63,364 nucleotides of DNA from an uncultured Clostridia bacterium (GTDB lineage Bacteria; Bacillota; Clostridia; Christensenellales; UBA1242), in contig CALVJJ010000001.1 in NCBI GenBank assembly GCA_944332185.1, positions 66,422-129,785 of the forward strand. Direction: 5' to 3'. A program made the position numbers and the translations under genes. The notes beneath the pieces are model-generated. The model was not told the DNA's origin. It worked only from the letters and a program-made list of their open reading frames with translations, and did not search any database. Of this stretch, positions 19,181 through 28,534 are shown one piece after another (positions within the stretch are counted from its first letter, which is position 1; the number at the start of each line of letters is the position of its first letter).

Positions 19181-21043
19181 CTACATACTTAAGTCTATAT
19201 TATTTTCTTCTTTTTCTTTTCCTTGATCTACGATTACTTTTGTACTTTGTGTTACACTTTTTTCTATAATTGCAACATGATTTTGTGGTGTAGACGTAGT
19301 TTGATTTGCTTCCTGGTGTAGTTCCATTCTTTGTTTTTCCACCATTTTTCTAGTCATTAAGAGAATCTTTTCCTCTATTGCTTTTTCTTTACTTATATTT
19401 TCTTCATTCTCTCGTGATGGATTTTGTTCCAAATTTTGATCCTTGGTATTTTCTTGAATCGCATTGATAATAATGACAGCATTGTCATCTTCTACAGATC
19501 TTGCTTTTGTAGATGATTTTTTCTCTACCGGCTTTTCTTGTCTTTCTTGGGTATTGGCACTGGCTTTACTTTCATAGATTTGACTGAGTCTATCAAAGAA
19601 TCCTGTAGATACTGTGCTCGTATTGGTTGTTGTTTTGTCTTTTCCCTTTTCTTTTTTCGTGTCTTTCCCAGGCTTTTTACTATCTTTTTTTGCTTCTTTT
19701 TTAGCTTCTTTCTTGGTTTCTTTCTTAGTCTCTTTTGGACTTTCTTTTTGTGTTTCTTTTGTTTTTTCTTTCTTCGTGGTTTGTTTTTTAAGTACATCTT
19801 CTTTGCCACTTACTTGGACTTCAGAACCATAACTAGATCTGTTGGCTAGATCTACTTTTGCTTTCCTTTCTACGATTGTAGCTGTTTTTTCTTTTTTATT
19901 CGCAACGAGTCCACTCACTGATGCTGATAAAAGGACCATTTTTTCTTGATTGGTTAGTTCTTTTTTATCTTTTTGTAGAATATTCTGTTGTCCATCTGCC
20001 ACCAGTTGTGTTCGCAATGCATCTTGTCTAACTTGTTGTTGTACTTTCATATTTTGCAAGGTATCATTTGCTTTTTGAGACAAATACTCTTCCAAATTGA
20101 CCGTTGTATCTTCTGTTTGGTTTTCTGCTTCCTTGATCACATTGACCATTTCAATCAAATTGGTTTTGTCATCTTTGGTGGCTGTTTTGATAATTTTTTC
20201 TTGAGCAGTTGTTTCTAATATTTTTGTTTCTTGTTTAAAATTCTCAAATTCTGTCTTTCTTAAATTCTGGAATTCTTCTATCACCGATTGACTCACTTGT
20301 TCGGAATCTTCAAAGGTAATATCTACTTTTTCAACAGCATTATTGATAATATCCATCATGTCTTTATCTTGGATATCTTCCATCGTTTTGCCTTCCAAAG
20401 TTTTGAGTGTTGCGTAGATCTCCATACCTGTTTCTATTTCATTTAGCACTGCTTCTGTATAGGCACATGGGTGAGATTTTAAGAATTGTAATTGTTTTAC
20501 ACATACTTGATTGCTCAATTTTTTAATCTGCTTGTCTGTAATCATTCTTACGGCAATATTATATTTTACAATTAGATCCATAAGAGCAGTTTTGTCTTCT
20601 TGATAGAGTTTTTTCTCTTCTCCACTATCTTCATCTTTTATATATACATTAAAATCTGCAAAAGCACGCAACAACACATCTTCTTTGTACTCATACGTAC
20701 TGCTACAAATATTCGTGACAAGTTGATTGGTTACCATGCCATCAGCAATCATTACTTCTTCTAGTAATGCAAAATTCACGATCACTGATTGTCCATCATT
20801 GATCAGTTGGTAATTCATGAGAATGGTTAGATCTTTTGCAACATTAGATAGATGACATGACAAATAGATAGTCTCTCCCACCATACTATCCAAATATTTT
20901 TTAGCTTTGATCAGTTCTTCAATCACAGCTGTTGGCAAGATATATTGCCCTTGTTCATTCATGCGACCTAATAAATTGTTGTCGTGAATTTTGACATTCA
21001 TGACAGATACAGTTGCATCATCTTTTGTGATTTCCTCTTGCAT
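19181..21043 (-). CDS. Hypothetical protein with K/E/Q-rich low-complexity C-terminal half
   Basis: ATG 21043 with AAGGAG RBS and TTGTAG-17-TATACT promoter; no signal peptide, no recognised family. Confidence 0.8.
   Translation of the reverse strand: MQEEITKDDATVSVMNVKIHDNNLLGRMNEQGQYILPTAVIEELIKAKKYLDSMVGETIYLSCHLSNVAKDLTILMNYQLINDGQSVIVNFALLEEVMIADGMVTNQLVTNICSSTYEYKEDVLLRAFADFNVYIKDEDSGEEKKLYQEDKTALMDLIVKYNIAVRMITDKQIKKLSNQVCVKQLQFLKSHPCAYTEAVLNEIETGMEIYATLKTLEGKTMEDIQDKDMMDIINNAVEKVDITFEDSEQVSQSVIEEFQNLRKTEFENFKQETKILETTAQEKIIKTATKDDKTNLIEMVNVIKEAENQTEDTTVNLEEYLSQKANDTLQNMKVQQQVRQDALRTQLVADGQQNILQKDKKELTNQEKMVLLSASVSGLVANKKEKTATIVERKAKVDLANRSSYGSEVQVSGKEDVLKKQTTKKEKTKETQKESPKETKKETKKEAKKEAKKDSKKPGKDTKKEKGKDKTTTNTSTVSTGFFDRLSQIYESKASANTQERQEKPVEKKSSTKARSVEDDNAVIIINAIQENTKDQNLEQNPSRENEENISKEKAIEEKILLMTRKMVEKQRMELHQEANQTTSTPQNHVAIIEKSVTQSTKVIVDQGKEKEENNIDLSM
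19670..19745 (-). repeat. Degenerate 12-bp coding tandem repeat
   Basis: Encodes ETKK-ETKK-EAKK-EAKK-DSKK. Confidence 0.65.
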
Positions 21044-21313
21044 AAGAAACTCCTTACTATGATATCCACAACATGATATCTTTCTTATCATTCTTATGTA
21101 TAGTATACCACAATCCTTACTATTCTACAAGTATCTACTATTGGATTTTCCTTTTTTATCATCTTAAAAAAGACCATATCATACCCCTTATCACAAAACT
21201 TTTTTTTTATTGGTTTAAAAAGTCATACTGCTAAAACATCAACAAAACCTATATTTTTGTGTACTTTTTGTCAGTTTATCATCTTTGTCCACAAAAAACT
21301 TACTTGTGAAGTA

Positions 21314-21342
21314 TTGCCAAGTAGAAAATATTTGAGTATAAT
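21314..21342 (+). promoter_or_regulatory. SigA-type promoter
   Basis: TTGCCA-17 nt-TATAAT. Confidence 0.7.
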
Positions 21343-21401
21343 ATAGTCAATAAAAGAATACTTCTACTTTTCTTTTATGAGACAAAAAAGGAGAAACAAA
21401 G

Positions 21402-23174
21402 ATGAATATAAAGAAATCTTTATTGGTTTTGTTGCTCTGCGGAGGATTTTTCATTAGTTCTATGGGATTGACGGCATGTAGTCCATCAGCTCCAACTACA
21501 GCAACAGCAACAAAACCAAACGGTGGAGATTTACCTGATCCACCAAAACCAGATCCAGATCCAGATCCAACACCTGATCCTGATCCAGATCCAACACCTG
21601 TATACGAATGGCGCTATGCAGACATCTTACAACCTACCATTATCGTGGGTGGTATTAGCGACACCGTATTAGATAAAAATGTACAAAAACCTTTCATAGA
21701 TATTGTTGATCGACAAATTGATATGCTTGCTGAAGAACTTGTATCTCGTATAGAATACATCTATGGTACGAACAATATCAACACCACACACAATATCAAA
21801 GATACCACTGATGGTAGCCTATTCTCTAGTTATTCTAGTATGAACATCTTCTCTGATACAATTACCGCAAATATGTCTGTGTACAATTACAAAGATGAAT
21901 ATGTAATGAGCGACGGTACCATTATGCTAGATAGTAATGGAGAAAAAGTGCTTTTTGATAGTACAAAACATAGTTATTATGTACAAGAAGATGGTGTAAA
22001 ATATGCAGCAGTGACATCACTGAATGTTGGTGGACTCTTTACAAGTGCTACAGCTTTTCAATACACCATGCAACAGATCGGTCGTCCAGCTTTTGATATG
22101 TCTTATCCTGATGGATACGAACTTGATAGTATCCTTACCTTATCTGGAGCCATCTACGGCACCCCAACATGGAAAAGAGAAACAATATCACTTTCTCAAG
22201 ATTATTATGAATACACTTACAATCAAAATGAATTCACTACCCCTTGGAATTGGGCTAATGATTTTGCCAATGGTACTATCAAAGATAAAGTAAAACACTA
22301 TCTTGCCTATATCATAGCCAACGATATTACAGATTATCAAGATCTACCAAATGAAAGTGTGATCTTATCTAGTGACTATGATACTTTACTTACCAATATT
22401 GGTGAAGTAAATAATTATATATCTACTTACCAAGATTTGATCTTTGATACCCTTACAAAACGTATGATTGGCACTGCCTATGAAGGAGATAGTCAGGCTG
22501 GACAAGATGGTGCTACCATTGCTTTAGCCATTGATCTAGCGATTAGAAAAATGGATCCAAATGTTGCTCAAACATTTTTCTACAATGGGAATTATCGTTC
22601 TTTATATGATGATTCTACTACTGAAGGTATCCTTAATATGATCAATGAAAAAAGCACTATGAATATTTATATTATACAATATGATCATGCTCGCAATTAC
22701 AAAGCATACGACGTGATTTTGAAAGGGATTTTAAGACAAATAGCCCAAGTAGATGATTACCAATCTTGTCTTCCTGTATCCTATGCTACCCAGTCTCTAT
22801 CACAAACACAAGTCTCTTCGGCTTATAAAGATACTACAGATGTCTATTTCTTCTTCAAACAATCTGTCAACTTAAATAGTTATAAAATAGCCCTTGGAGT
22901 ACCTTACGATACAGACATAAAACTCACAGATAAGAATGGCAATACGGTAAACTACACTAAAGAAAAAGATGATCAAAATCATCTTGTCATTACCATCAAG
23001 ACAACGGTCAATGGGACATCTAGTATTCCTACCAATCTAAAAAATATTCAAGGATATGGTGCGACATCTACTATACAACAACTTTTAGAGAATACCAATT
23101 ATCTATGTATTCATTTTGATACAGTAGAAAGTTTTACTTTATACCCTATGGTCTTAACACAAGTCAATGCATAG
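21402..23174 (+). CDS. Lipoprotein of unknown function (paralogue of 23249..25459)
   Basis: Lipobox LTAC, Pro/Asp linker, shared blocks IVDRQI..AE...SR....YGT and ARNY..Y. Confidence 0.85.
   Translation: MNIKKSLLVLLLCGGFFISSMGLTACSPSAPTTATATKPNGGDLPDPPKPDPDPDPTPDPDPDPTPVYEWRYADILQPTIIVGGISDTVLDKNVQKPFIDIVDRQIDMLAEELVSRIEYIYGTNNINTTHNIKDTTDGSLFSSYSSMNIFSDTITANMSVYNYKDEYVMSDGTIMLDSNGEKVLFDSTKHSYYVQEDGVKYAAVTSLNVGGLFTSATAFQYTMQQIGRPAFDMSYPDGYELDSILTLSGAIYGTPTWKRETISLSQDYYEYTYNQNEFTTPWNWANDFANGTIKDKVKHYLAYIIANDITDYQDLPNESVILSSDYDTLLTNIGEVNNYISTYQDLIFDTLTKRMIGTAYEGDSQAGQDGATIALAIDLAIRKMDPNVAQTFFYNGNYRSLYDDSTTEGILNMINEKSTMNIYIIQYDHARNYKAYDVILKGILRQIAQVDDYQSCLPVSYATQSLSQTQVSSAYKDTTDVYFFFKQSVNLNSYKIALGVPYDTDIKLTDKNGNTVNYTKEKDDQNHLVITIKTTVNGTSSIPTNLKNIQGYGATSTIQQLLENTNYLCIHFDTVESFTLYPMVLTQVNA
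21552..21599 (+). repeat. 24-bp tandem duplication encoding DPDPDPTP x2
   Basis: GATCCAGATCCAGATCCAACACCT / GATCCTGATCCAGATCCAACACCT. Confidence 0.85.
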
Positions 23175-23189
23175 CAAATAAGGCACAAT

Positions 23190-23226
23190 AAAAAATACCA
23201 CAGTTATATACTTGTGGTATTTTTTT
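23190..23226. terminator. Bidirectional intrinsic terminator
   Basis: AAAAAATACCACA/TGTGGTATTTTTT between convergent lipoprotein genes. Confidence 0.8.
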
Positions 23227-23248
23227 AGGTTTATCATCGTGATATTCT

Positions 23249-25459
23249 TTAAGCATTCAGTACTTGAATACTAAATCCGAATGGAATATTCTCTTCTAAT
23301 GGTTGTCCCTCCAGATCAAATACTTCAAAACTGATTTGAATATAATTGACAGCATTCAAGATCGTGTCTATACTATCTTCTGTTCTAGATAGTACCCAAT
23401 CATTGTCCGCAATGGTAGAATTGGCTGTCGCATCATAGATACCAGCACTGGCAATACTACCTTTATGCAGTTCTAATTCAAATCCCGCATAGTCTTGTCC
23501 CATATCGGTGATATATTGATCATCAGTTTTGACGATGTATTGTCCTGTGGTACGATCTCCTCCAACAAAGTCACTATCACTTGCTGTCAGTTCGCTAATC
23601 GTATAGTCTTCCATTGTCAAAGTCGTTATTTCTTGCTCACTTGTTGTCCCACTGCAAATAGTAATAATAGGACGAACAGCGAATGCTTGGGATACATTCC
23701 CAAAGAAAAACCATATATTATAATCTTGTGTCAAGTCCACAGCTTCTTTGGCAAAGAATAGGACACTTTTATACTCTTTGGCAGGTAAGATCTCCATATC
23801 TTCGCCCGCAAAATCATCTTGACTATCATAGACCGTCACGGCACTTTTGCTGCTGACATACCATCTACTCTTTGTTTCACTCTCCATAGCATAAGTATGA
23901 TTGGCACCACTTCTTACCATGCTTGGTATTAGCAATTCATATCCTTGATAATTCCTGGCTTGGAGATATTGTGTAAGAAAATTCCATAGATCATCTGTAT
24001 AAGGATTGTTTGCTACGCGATCAGCATACACACTATCCATAATTTCTACCATTTCTGTTATATAAGTTGTATTTTGAATGGTGTAAATAAATGTTGGAGC
24101 ATTTTTTGTTTCATGATAATAATAATCCGGCAAACTAATGATTTGTGTTGTAACCATCTCATACAAATCATCAGATAATTGTTGTAGATATGTACCATAT
24201 TTTACATCATTGTTCCAAAGTGTAGGACCAATGACATTTTCTTTGATCACGTTTAGGATATCTTCATAGTATAGATCGATCCAATTAGCAGTATAATTGA
24301 TCGAGTCAATGGTTCTGTCATAGGCTGTATCACTTGCACTACTATAGACATCAAGATCTAGGTATACCTCTTCATCACCATTGGAAGCAATGATACTTGC
24401 AATATATTTTTTTAGGACTGTAGTAAGTATATTTTGATCAATAGTGGTAGGATAGTCTTGTACGATCTGCCATGCATCTTGACTAATAGTTATGATTTTA
24501 TCTTTTTCATTAGTTTTGGTTGGAATAGATCCAAAGGAAAATTCCAAAAGATAATAATCATCAAGAGTCACATCTTCGTCCCCTACGGGCTCACTTGTTC
24601 CATTATCATAGTATTTAGCAAGCACAGACCAACGATTACCACCTTCTATACTATTAGAAAAGTTGAGCACATTAGCTAGACTATATACATAATCATTATC
24701 TTCTTGATCAATATCCTGATGAATAATGGTTCCTTTTTGTCCATCAGACATGACTTCATTCATGGTATAGAGCAAATTACTAAGGTTATTAAACAAACTT
24801 GCTTGGTTGTTTTGTAATATGACACCATAATACTCTGATGGGGTCACATTGTTTTGTGCAACATAGTAATGATTATACTTTTCATAAGCACCTACAGTAT
24901 TGGTCACAGAATTGCTTAATACATTGCCTTTTTCATCTAGTGTCACATCTAGGTAAGCTGTCTGCAATCCACTTGTATCAATAGGCTCTTGTGGATTATT
25001 AGTTGCATAGACTGAATATGGACTTCCATCATTCAAAGGGATAGCAATAGATACTGGTTGTCTTACATCATTCGTATCAGTTGTTGACTGCATGACTTGG
25101 TTAACAACAAGATTCTTGACAGTTTCTGTTAAGAATACCCCACCATTCAATTTGTCTCCAATTGAGATATCTTGTCCATGTGTCGTTCCATAGACTGACC
25201 ACAATCTTGACGCAATATCTTCTGCCATAGCTGTAATCTGTCTATCTACGATCTGCCTATAAGTATATTGTTGTCCATTATAGTCCGTAAACAACGTATC
25301 TGGATTGGTATATTCGACAAGTGCTACTTTTCCAAAAGTGGTAGATATATCCGTTGTTGTACCATCATTATTCGTGAAAGATCCCGAACAAGCAGTCAAT
25401 CCTAGCACACTTACTAACCCACAAGAAAGTAAAATATTCCTCCACCATTTTCTTTTCAT
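23249..25459 (-). CDS. Lipoprotein of unknown function (paralogue of 21402..23174)
   Basis: ATG 25459 with AGGAGG RBS; lipobox LTAC; acidic, Tyr-rich; 14 nt downstream of a TasA/BsaA-like gene. Confidence 0.85.
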   Translation of the reverse strand: MKRKWWRNILLSCGLVSVLGLTACSGSFTNNDGTTTDISTTFGKVALVEYTNPDTLFTDYNGQQYTYRQIVDRQITAMAEDIASRLWSVYGTTHGQDISIGDKLNGGVFLTETVKNLVVNQVMQSTTDTNDVRQPVSIAIPLNDGSPYSVYATNNPQEPIDTSGLQTAYLDVTLDEKGNVLSNSVTNTVGAYEKYNHYYVAQNNVTPSEYYGVILQNNQASLFNNLSNLLYTMNEVMSDGQKGTIIHQDIDQEDNDYVYSLANVLNFSNSIEGGNRWSVLAKYYDNGTSEPVGDEDVTLDDYYLLEFSFGSIPTKTNEKDKIITISQDAWQIVQDYPTTIDQNILTTVLKKYIASIIASNGDEEVYLDLDVYSSASDTAYDRTIDSINYTANWIDLYYEDILNVIKENVIGPTLWNNDVKYGTYLQQLSDDLYEMVTTQIISLPDYYYHETKNAPTFIYTIQNTTYITEMVEIMDSVYADRVANNPYTDDLWNFLTQYLQARNYQGYELLIPSMVRSGANHTYAMESETKSRWYVSSKSAVTVYDSQDDFAGEDMEILPAKEYKSVLFFAKEAVDLTQDYNIWFFFGNVSQAFAVRPIITICSGTTSEQEITTLTMEDYTISELTASDSDFVGGDRTTGQYIVKTDDQYITDMGQDYAGFELELHKGSIASAGIYDATANSTIADNDWVLSRTEDSIDTILNAVNYIQISFEVFDLEGQPLEENIPFGFSIQVLNA

Positions 25460-25473
25460 ATTTTTCCTCCTTT

Positions 25474-26163
25474 TTAAGCCCACCATGGATTACCATTATT
25501 GCCAGTCAAAATGGTTTGTGCATCAATATTATTAGATTGTATAGCTTCTACAACGAATTTCATATCCAAAGTTTTGCTAGCAAGTTCATTGGTGACCGCT
25601 TTGTCAATAACAAGTGTCCCATCAACTAAAAAATCGATCACTTGATTGTTTTTGACAGCCATTGGCAAATCAGTTGTTTGCTCCATGAGTACCCACCAAT
25701 CTTCACTTGTACCAAGATCATTGGTAAAAGTTAATTTTTCCCAATAATAGGTATGGTCTCCATTCCCATTAGGATCTTGACCCAGATAAATTTTGTCTTG
25801 CATGGTTACTAAAATACCATCAATATAAATATTTTCAATTTCAAACTTTGCTCGTACATAAGCCACGGTATCAGTATCTGTACTTCCTTCTCTTGTCACA
25901 TACGTACGAAGAGTAAGTCCTGTAATAACTGATCCCGGTTGTACTTTAGCTGGTTCTATAGGTGCCACACCACTGATAGATTGTCCATTCATATCAAAAG
26001 AATTGGATACCACAATAGGTTTTCCAAAACTAATAGATCCACTAATAGATTTTTGTTGTACCATAATAGCCAGTGTTGCTCCAACGAACAAAATAGCGAC
26101 CAAAAAAACGGTTAGGCTAATAATCAAAATCTTATATTTAGGCAAAGGTCTATTTTGTTCCAT
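25474..26163 (-). CDS. SipW-dependent TasA/BsaA-like protein (divergent)
   Basis: Start ATG 26163 (GGAG RBS); signal GATLA|IM; VQPGS, AYVRAKF, VTNELASK, FVVEAIQS. Confidence 0.8.
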   Translation of the reverse strand: MEQNRPLPKYKILIISLTVFLVAILFVGATLAIMVQQKSISGSISFGKPIVVSNSFDMNGQSISGVAPIEPAKVQPGSVITGLTLRTYVTREGSTDTDTVAYVRAKFEIENIYIDGILVTMQDKIYLGQDPNGNGDHTYYWEKLTFTNDLGTSEDWWVLMEQTTDLPMAVKNNQVIDFLVDGTLVIDKAVTNELASKTLDMKFVVEAIQSNNIDAQTILTGNNGNPWWA

Positions 26164-26213
26164 ATTTTCTCCATTTTTATTTAGTATGTGTATATTTTTG
26201 ATAGATATGTTGG

Positions 26214-26840
26214 TTATGCTCCATATCCCAAATCTTGCATAGCTTGTACCCAATTACTTGGCAAATTTTCTTCTCCCCAAAGTTCCAGACAAGCTGTCCA
26301 ATTATCTTGTACTGCTTCAGCTTCGATATGAATAGATACAGCATCAATCTTGCTTCCTGTTGTGTCCACCACTTCCCCGTTGATAGAACCTGTCGAATAG
26401 GAAGTAATGAGTGTGCTTTCTTCATTCACATCTAATGCTCCTACATAGTAATAATAGGTGCCATCTGCAGTGTCTTGTGCAATCCAAGATAATGTATCTC
26501 CATTATAATAGGCAATATTTGGCATAATAAAAGAAGAACTAGTGCTTACTTTGACTCTAACAAACATAGCTATATGATCGAATACATTCGTATTGACAAT
26601 TTTTGTAGTACCACTATAGGTATTATTAGGCACAAGTGGCACTTTTGGATCTGGATAGGTAGACTCTACTTGTACCACTACTTGTCCCATGACCACTTCT
26701 TCTTCCCCACTATCTTTTCCTGCAAACCATGATAGTGTACTATAGATAAAGGATACCAACAAAGAAACACAAACTATGACTAATAAAGTTTGCAACAAAA
26801 TATTAGTTGGTTCTTTTTCTGCAACAATATGTCTTTTCAT
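26214..26840 (-). CDS. SipW-dependent TasA/BsaA-like protein
   Basis: Signal STLS|WFA; LVPNN, MFVRVKV, DGTYYYYVGAL, IEAEAVQ; AAGGAGG RBS. Confidence 0.85.
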   Translation of the reverse strand: MKRHIVAEKEPTNILLQTLLVIVCVSLLVSFIYSTLSWFAGKDSGEEEVVMGQVVVQVESTYPDPKVPLVPNNTYSGTTKIVNTNVFDHIAMFVRVKVSTSSSFIMPNIAYYNGDTLSWIAQDTADGTYYYYVGALDVNEESTLITSYSTGSINGEVVDTTGSKIDAVSIHIEAEAVQDNWTACLELWGEENLPSNWVQAMQDLGYGA

Positions 26841-26997
26841 GGTATCCTCCTTTTACAATTTTTACGATAAAACTTTTAGTTTTTAACTTTTTTCTTCTTA
26901 ACCATCTAGAATAAGTGTTATTAAGATACATAAATCTTATATATTATATAAATATAATTTCATATTCTATTTACTAGTTGTCTATAAATTACTCTAA

Positions 26998-27690
26998 TTA
27001 TAGATAAGCTTTCCATGTATCTGGTATAGGTGACCAAGGCTTATTGATAGAAGATGTTTTATAAGGATTGTTGTCATACGCAATAGCCTCTGCCTCAAAA
27101 TTCACATATACAGGATCGCTCAAATCTAATTTTGTCGTATCTATGATGTCGATACTCGTAATAAAGGCAACTTCTCCATTGGCAGGAATCACAGCATTGT
27201 AGTAATAATCTCCTGCATAATGAGTAGGATCTTCTTCGTTTTCAAACAAATTAGAAAAGATCCAAAGTGTATCCATATTCAAAGACAATTCGTCAGCACC
27301 TAATTCTCTATAAAATACTGGATTGCCTTGACTATCAACAATAAAAGAGTCTGTCGCAATAGATACAGATGCAAGACGTAATAGCACACTGACTGAACTA
27401 GTATTCTTAATTTTGACAAGACCGGTACTTACCTGATCTCCATGATGAAAAGCCATAGATGTTTGGCCAGCACCATCTTCTATTTTTTGATAAGTAGAGG
27501 AATCTGTATCATAAGCATAGACTTCTAGTCCAATATTGGCAATAGGCAAATCTCCTGACGTATCTTCTTTTTTATCAGAAAACCATGCCAATGAAAAAGA
27601 ACAGCCTGTTAGTGACAACATAAGCATGACAAGAATCAAAGAAAAACAAACTCTTTTGATGATCCAACTATATGGTTTTTGCTTTGTCAA
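26998..27690 (-). CDS. TasA/BsaA-like protein with both lipobox and SipW-type motif
   Basis: TTG start at 27690 after GGAGGAGGTG; LTGC then SFSLA|WFSD; VLLRL, GDYYYNAVI, FEAEAI, WSPIPDTW. Confidence 0.8.
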   Translation of the reverse strand: MTKQKPYSWIIKRVCFSLILVMLMLSLTGCSFSLAWFSDKKEDTSGDLPIANIGLEVYAYDTDSSTYQKIEDGAGQTSMAFHHGDQVSTGLVKIKNTSSVSVLLRLASVSIATDSFIVDSQGNPVFYRELGADELSLNMDTLWIFSNLFENEEDPTHYAGDYYYNAVIPANGEVAFITSIDIIDTTKLDLSDPVYVNFEAEAIAYDNNPYKTSSINKPWSPIPDTWKAYL

Positions 27691-27769
27691 AATGACACAC
27701 CTCCTCCATTGTACTTCCTTTTTTATTGTAACATTTTCAAAAATGAGAGTAAAGTAAAATGACATAATA

Positions 27770-27776
27770 TGTCGAA
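27770..27776 (+). promoter_or_regulatory. Spo0A box (perfect 7-mer)
   Basis: TGTCGAA between a TATACT -10 (27791-27796, minus strand) and the 27690 start. Confidence 0.4.
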
Positions 27777-28000
27777 GCATTTTTATACTAAGTATAAAAA
27801 AATAAGATAAAAAAGATCGTAAAATTCAAAAATTATATCAAATATTATAGTAAAAATAATGAGATATATAGCCATTTTTACGCATTTTGACAAATAAAAA
27901 TAAAATCATTTTGCTAGATGTATCCATTTTTTAAAAATAAGTAAAATATACACTAATATCTTGCATTACTACTTACAACCACCCACACATTCCAAAGCAT

Positions 28001-28033
28001 AAAAAAACACTAACAAAATTGTTAGTGTTTTTT
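28001..28033 (-). terminator. Intrinsic terminator after sipW
   Basis: AAAAAACACTAACAA/TTGTTAGTGTTTTTT. Confidence 0.8.
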
Positions 28034-28035
28034 GT

Positions 28036-28533
28036 TTATAGCATTTGGACAACATAATATGTCAATCCTACTCCCACGATCAAAATCAAGATTTTGAAAG
28101 GATCTTTAAAGAAAGCTACAAGGTCTCCTAAAAAATTGGAATGAAAGATTACTTTTCCTTGGATTCTATCTTTACTGACTGGAGTAGGATCAGGATTATT
28201 GGAAGCATCACCTTGGGTAATCACATATCCATCTCCAATTTCTATGATTCTATGTGTTACAAAAACAGTTTCCTTACTGCCATAAGTCACAACATCTCCT
28301 ACTTTCAAATCTTCAAAATCTACTTTATGAATACAAATGATTGTCCCCACAGGCAAGTTAGGTTCCATAGAGCCTGTTAGAATTGTCAAATATTGATATC
28401 CAAATAGTAAAGATAGGACAAAGGTAGCCACAAGGCAGAATAGGATAGTTCCTATTGCCTTGATGATGCCTTTGTATATTTTTTCTCCTTTTGAAGTCGT
28501 ATCGATAACTTGTTTTTTTACAAATTGATTCAT
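28036..28533 (-). CDS. sipW: ER-type signal peptidase I (S26B), SipW
   Basis: ILTGSMEP (Ser), LKVGDVVTY, VTHRII (His), TQGDASNNPD; N- and C-terminal TM helices. Confidence 0.92.
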   Translation of the reverse strand: MNQFVKKQVIDTTSKGEKIYKGIIKAIGTILFCLVATFVLSLLFGYQYLTILTGSMEPNLPVGTIICIHKVDFEDLKVGDVVTYGSKETVFVTHRIIEIGDGYVITQGDASNNPDPTPVSKDRIQGKVIFHSNFLGDLVAFFKDPFKILILIVGVGLTYYVVQML

Positions 28534-28534
28534 A

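Noticed and set aside
21530-21600. CCAGAT tandem array as CRISPR or phase-variation tract
   Set aside because: In-frame Pro-Asp linker with no spacers; unit length is a multiple of 3
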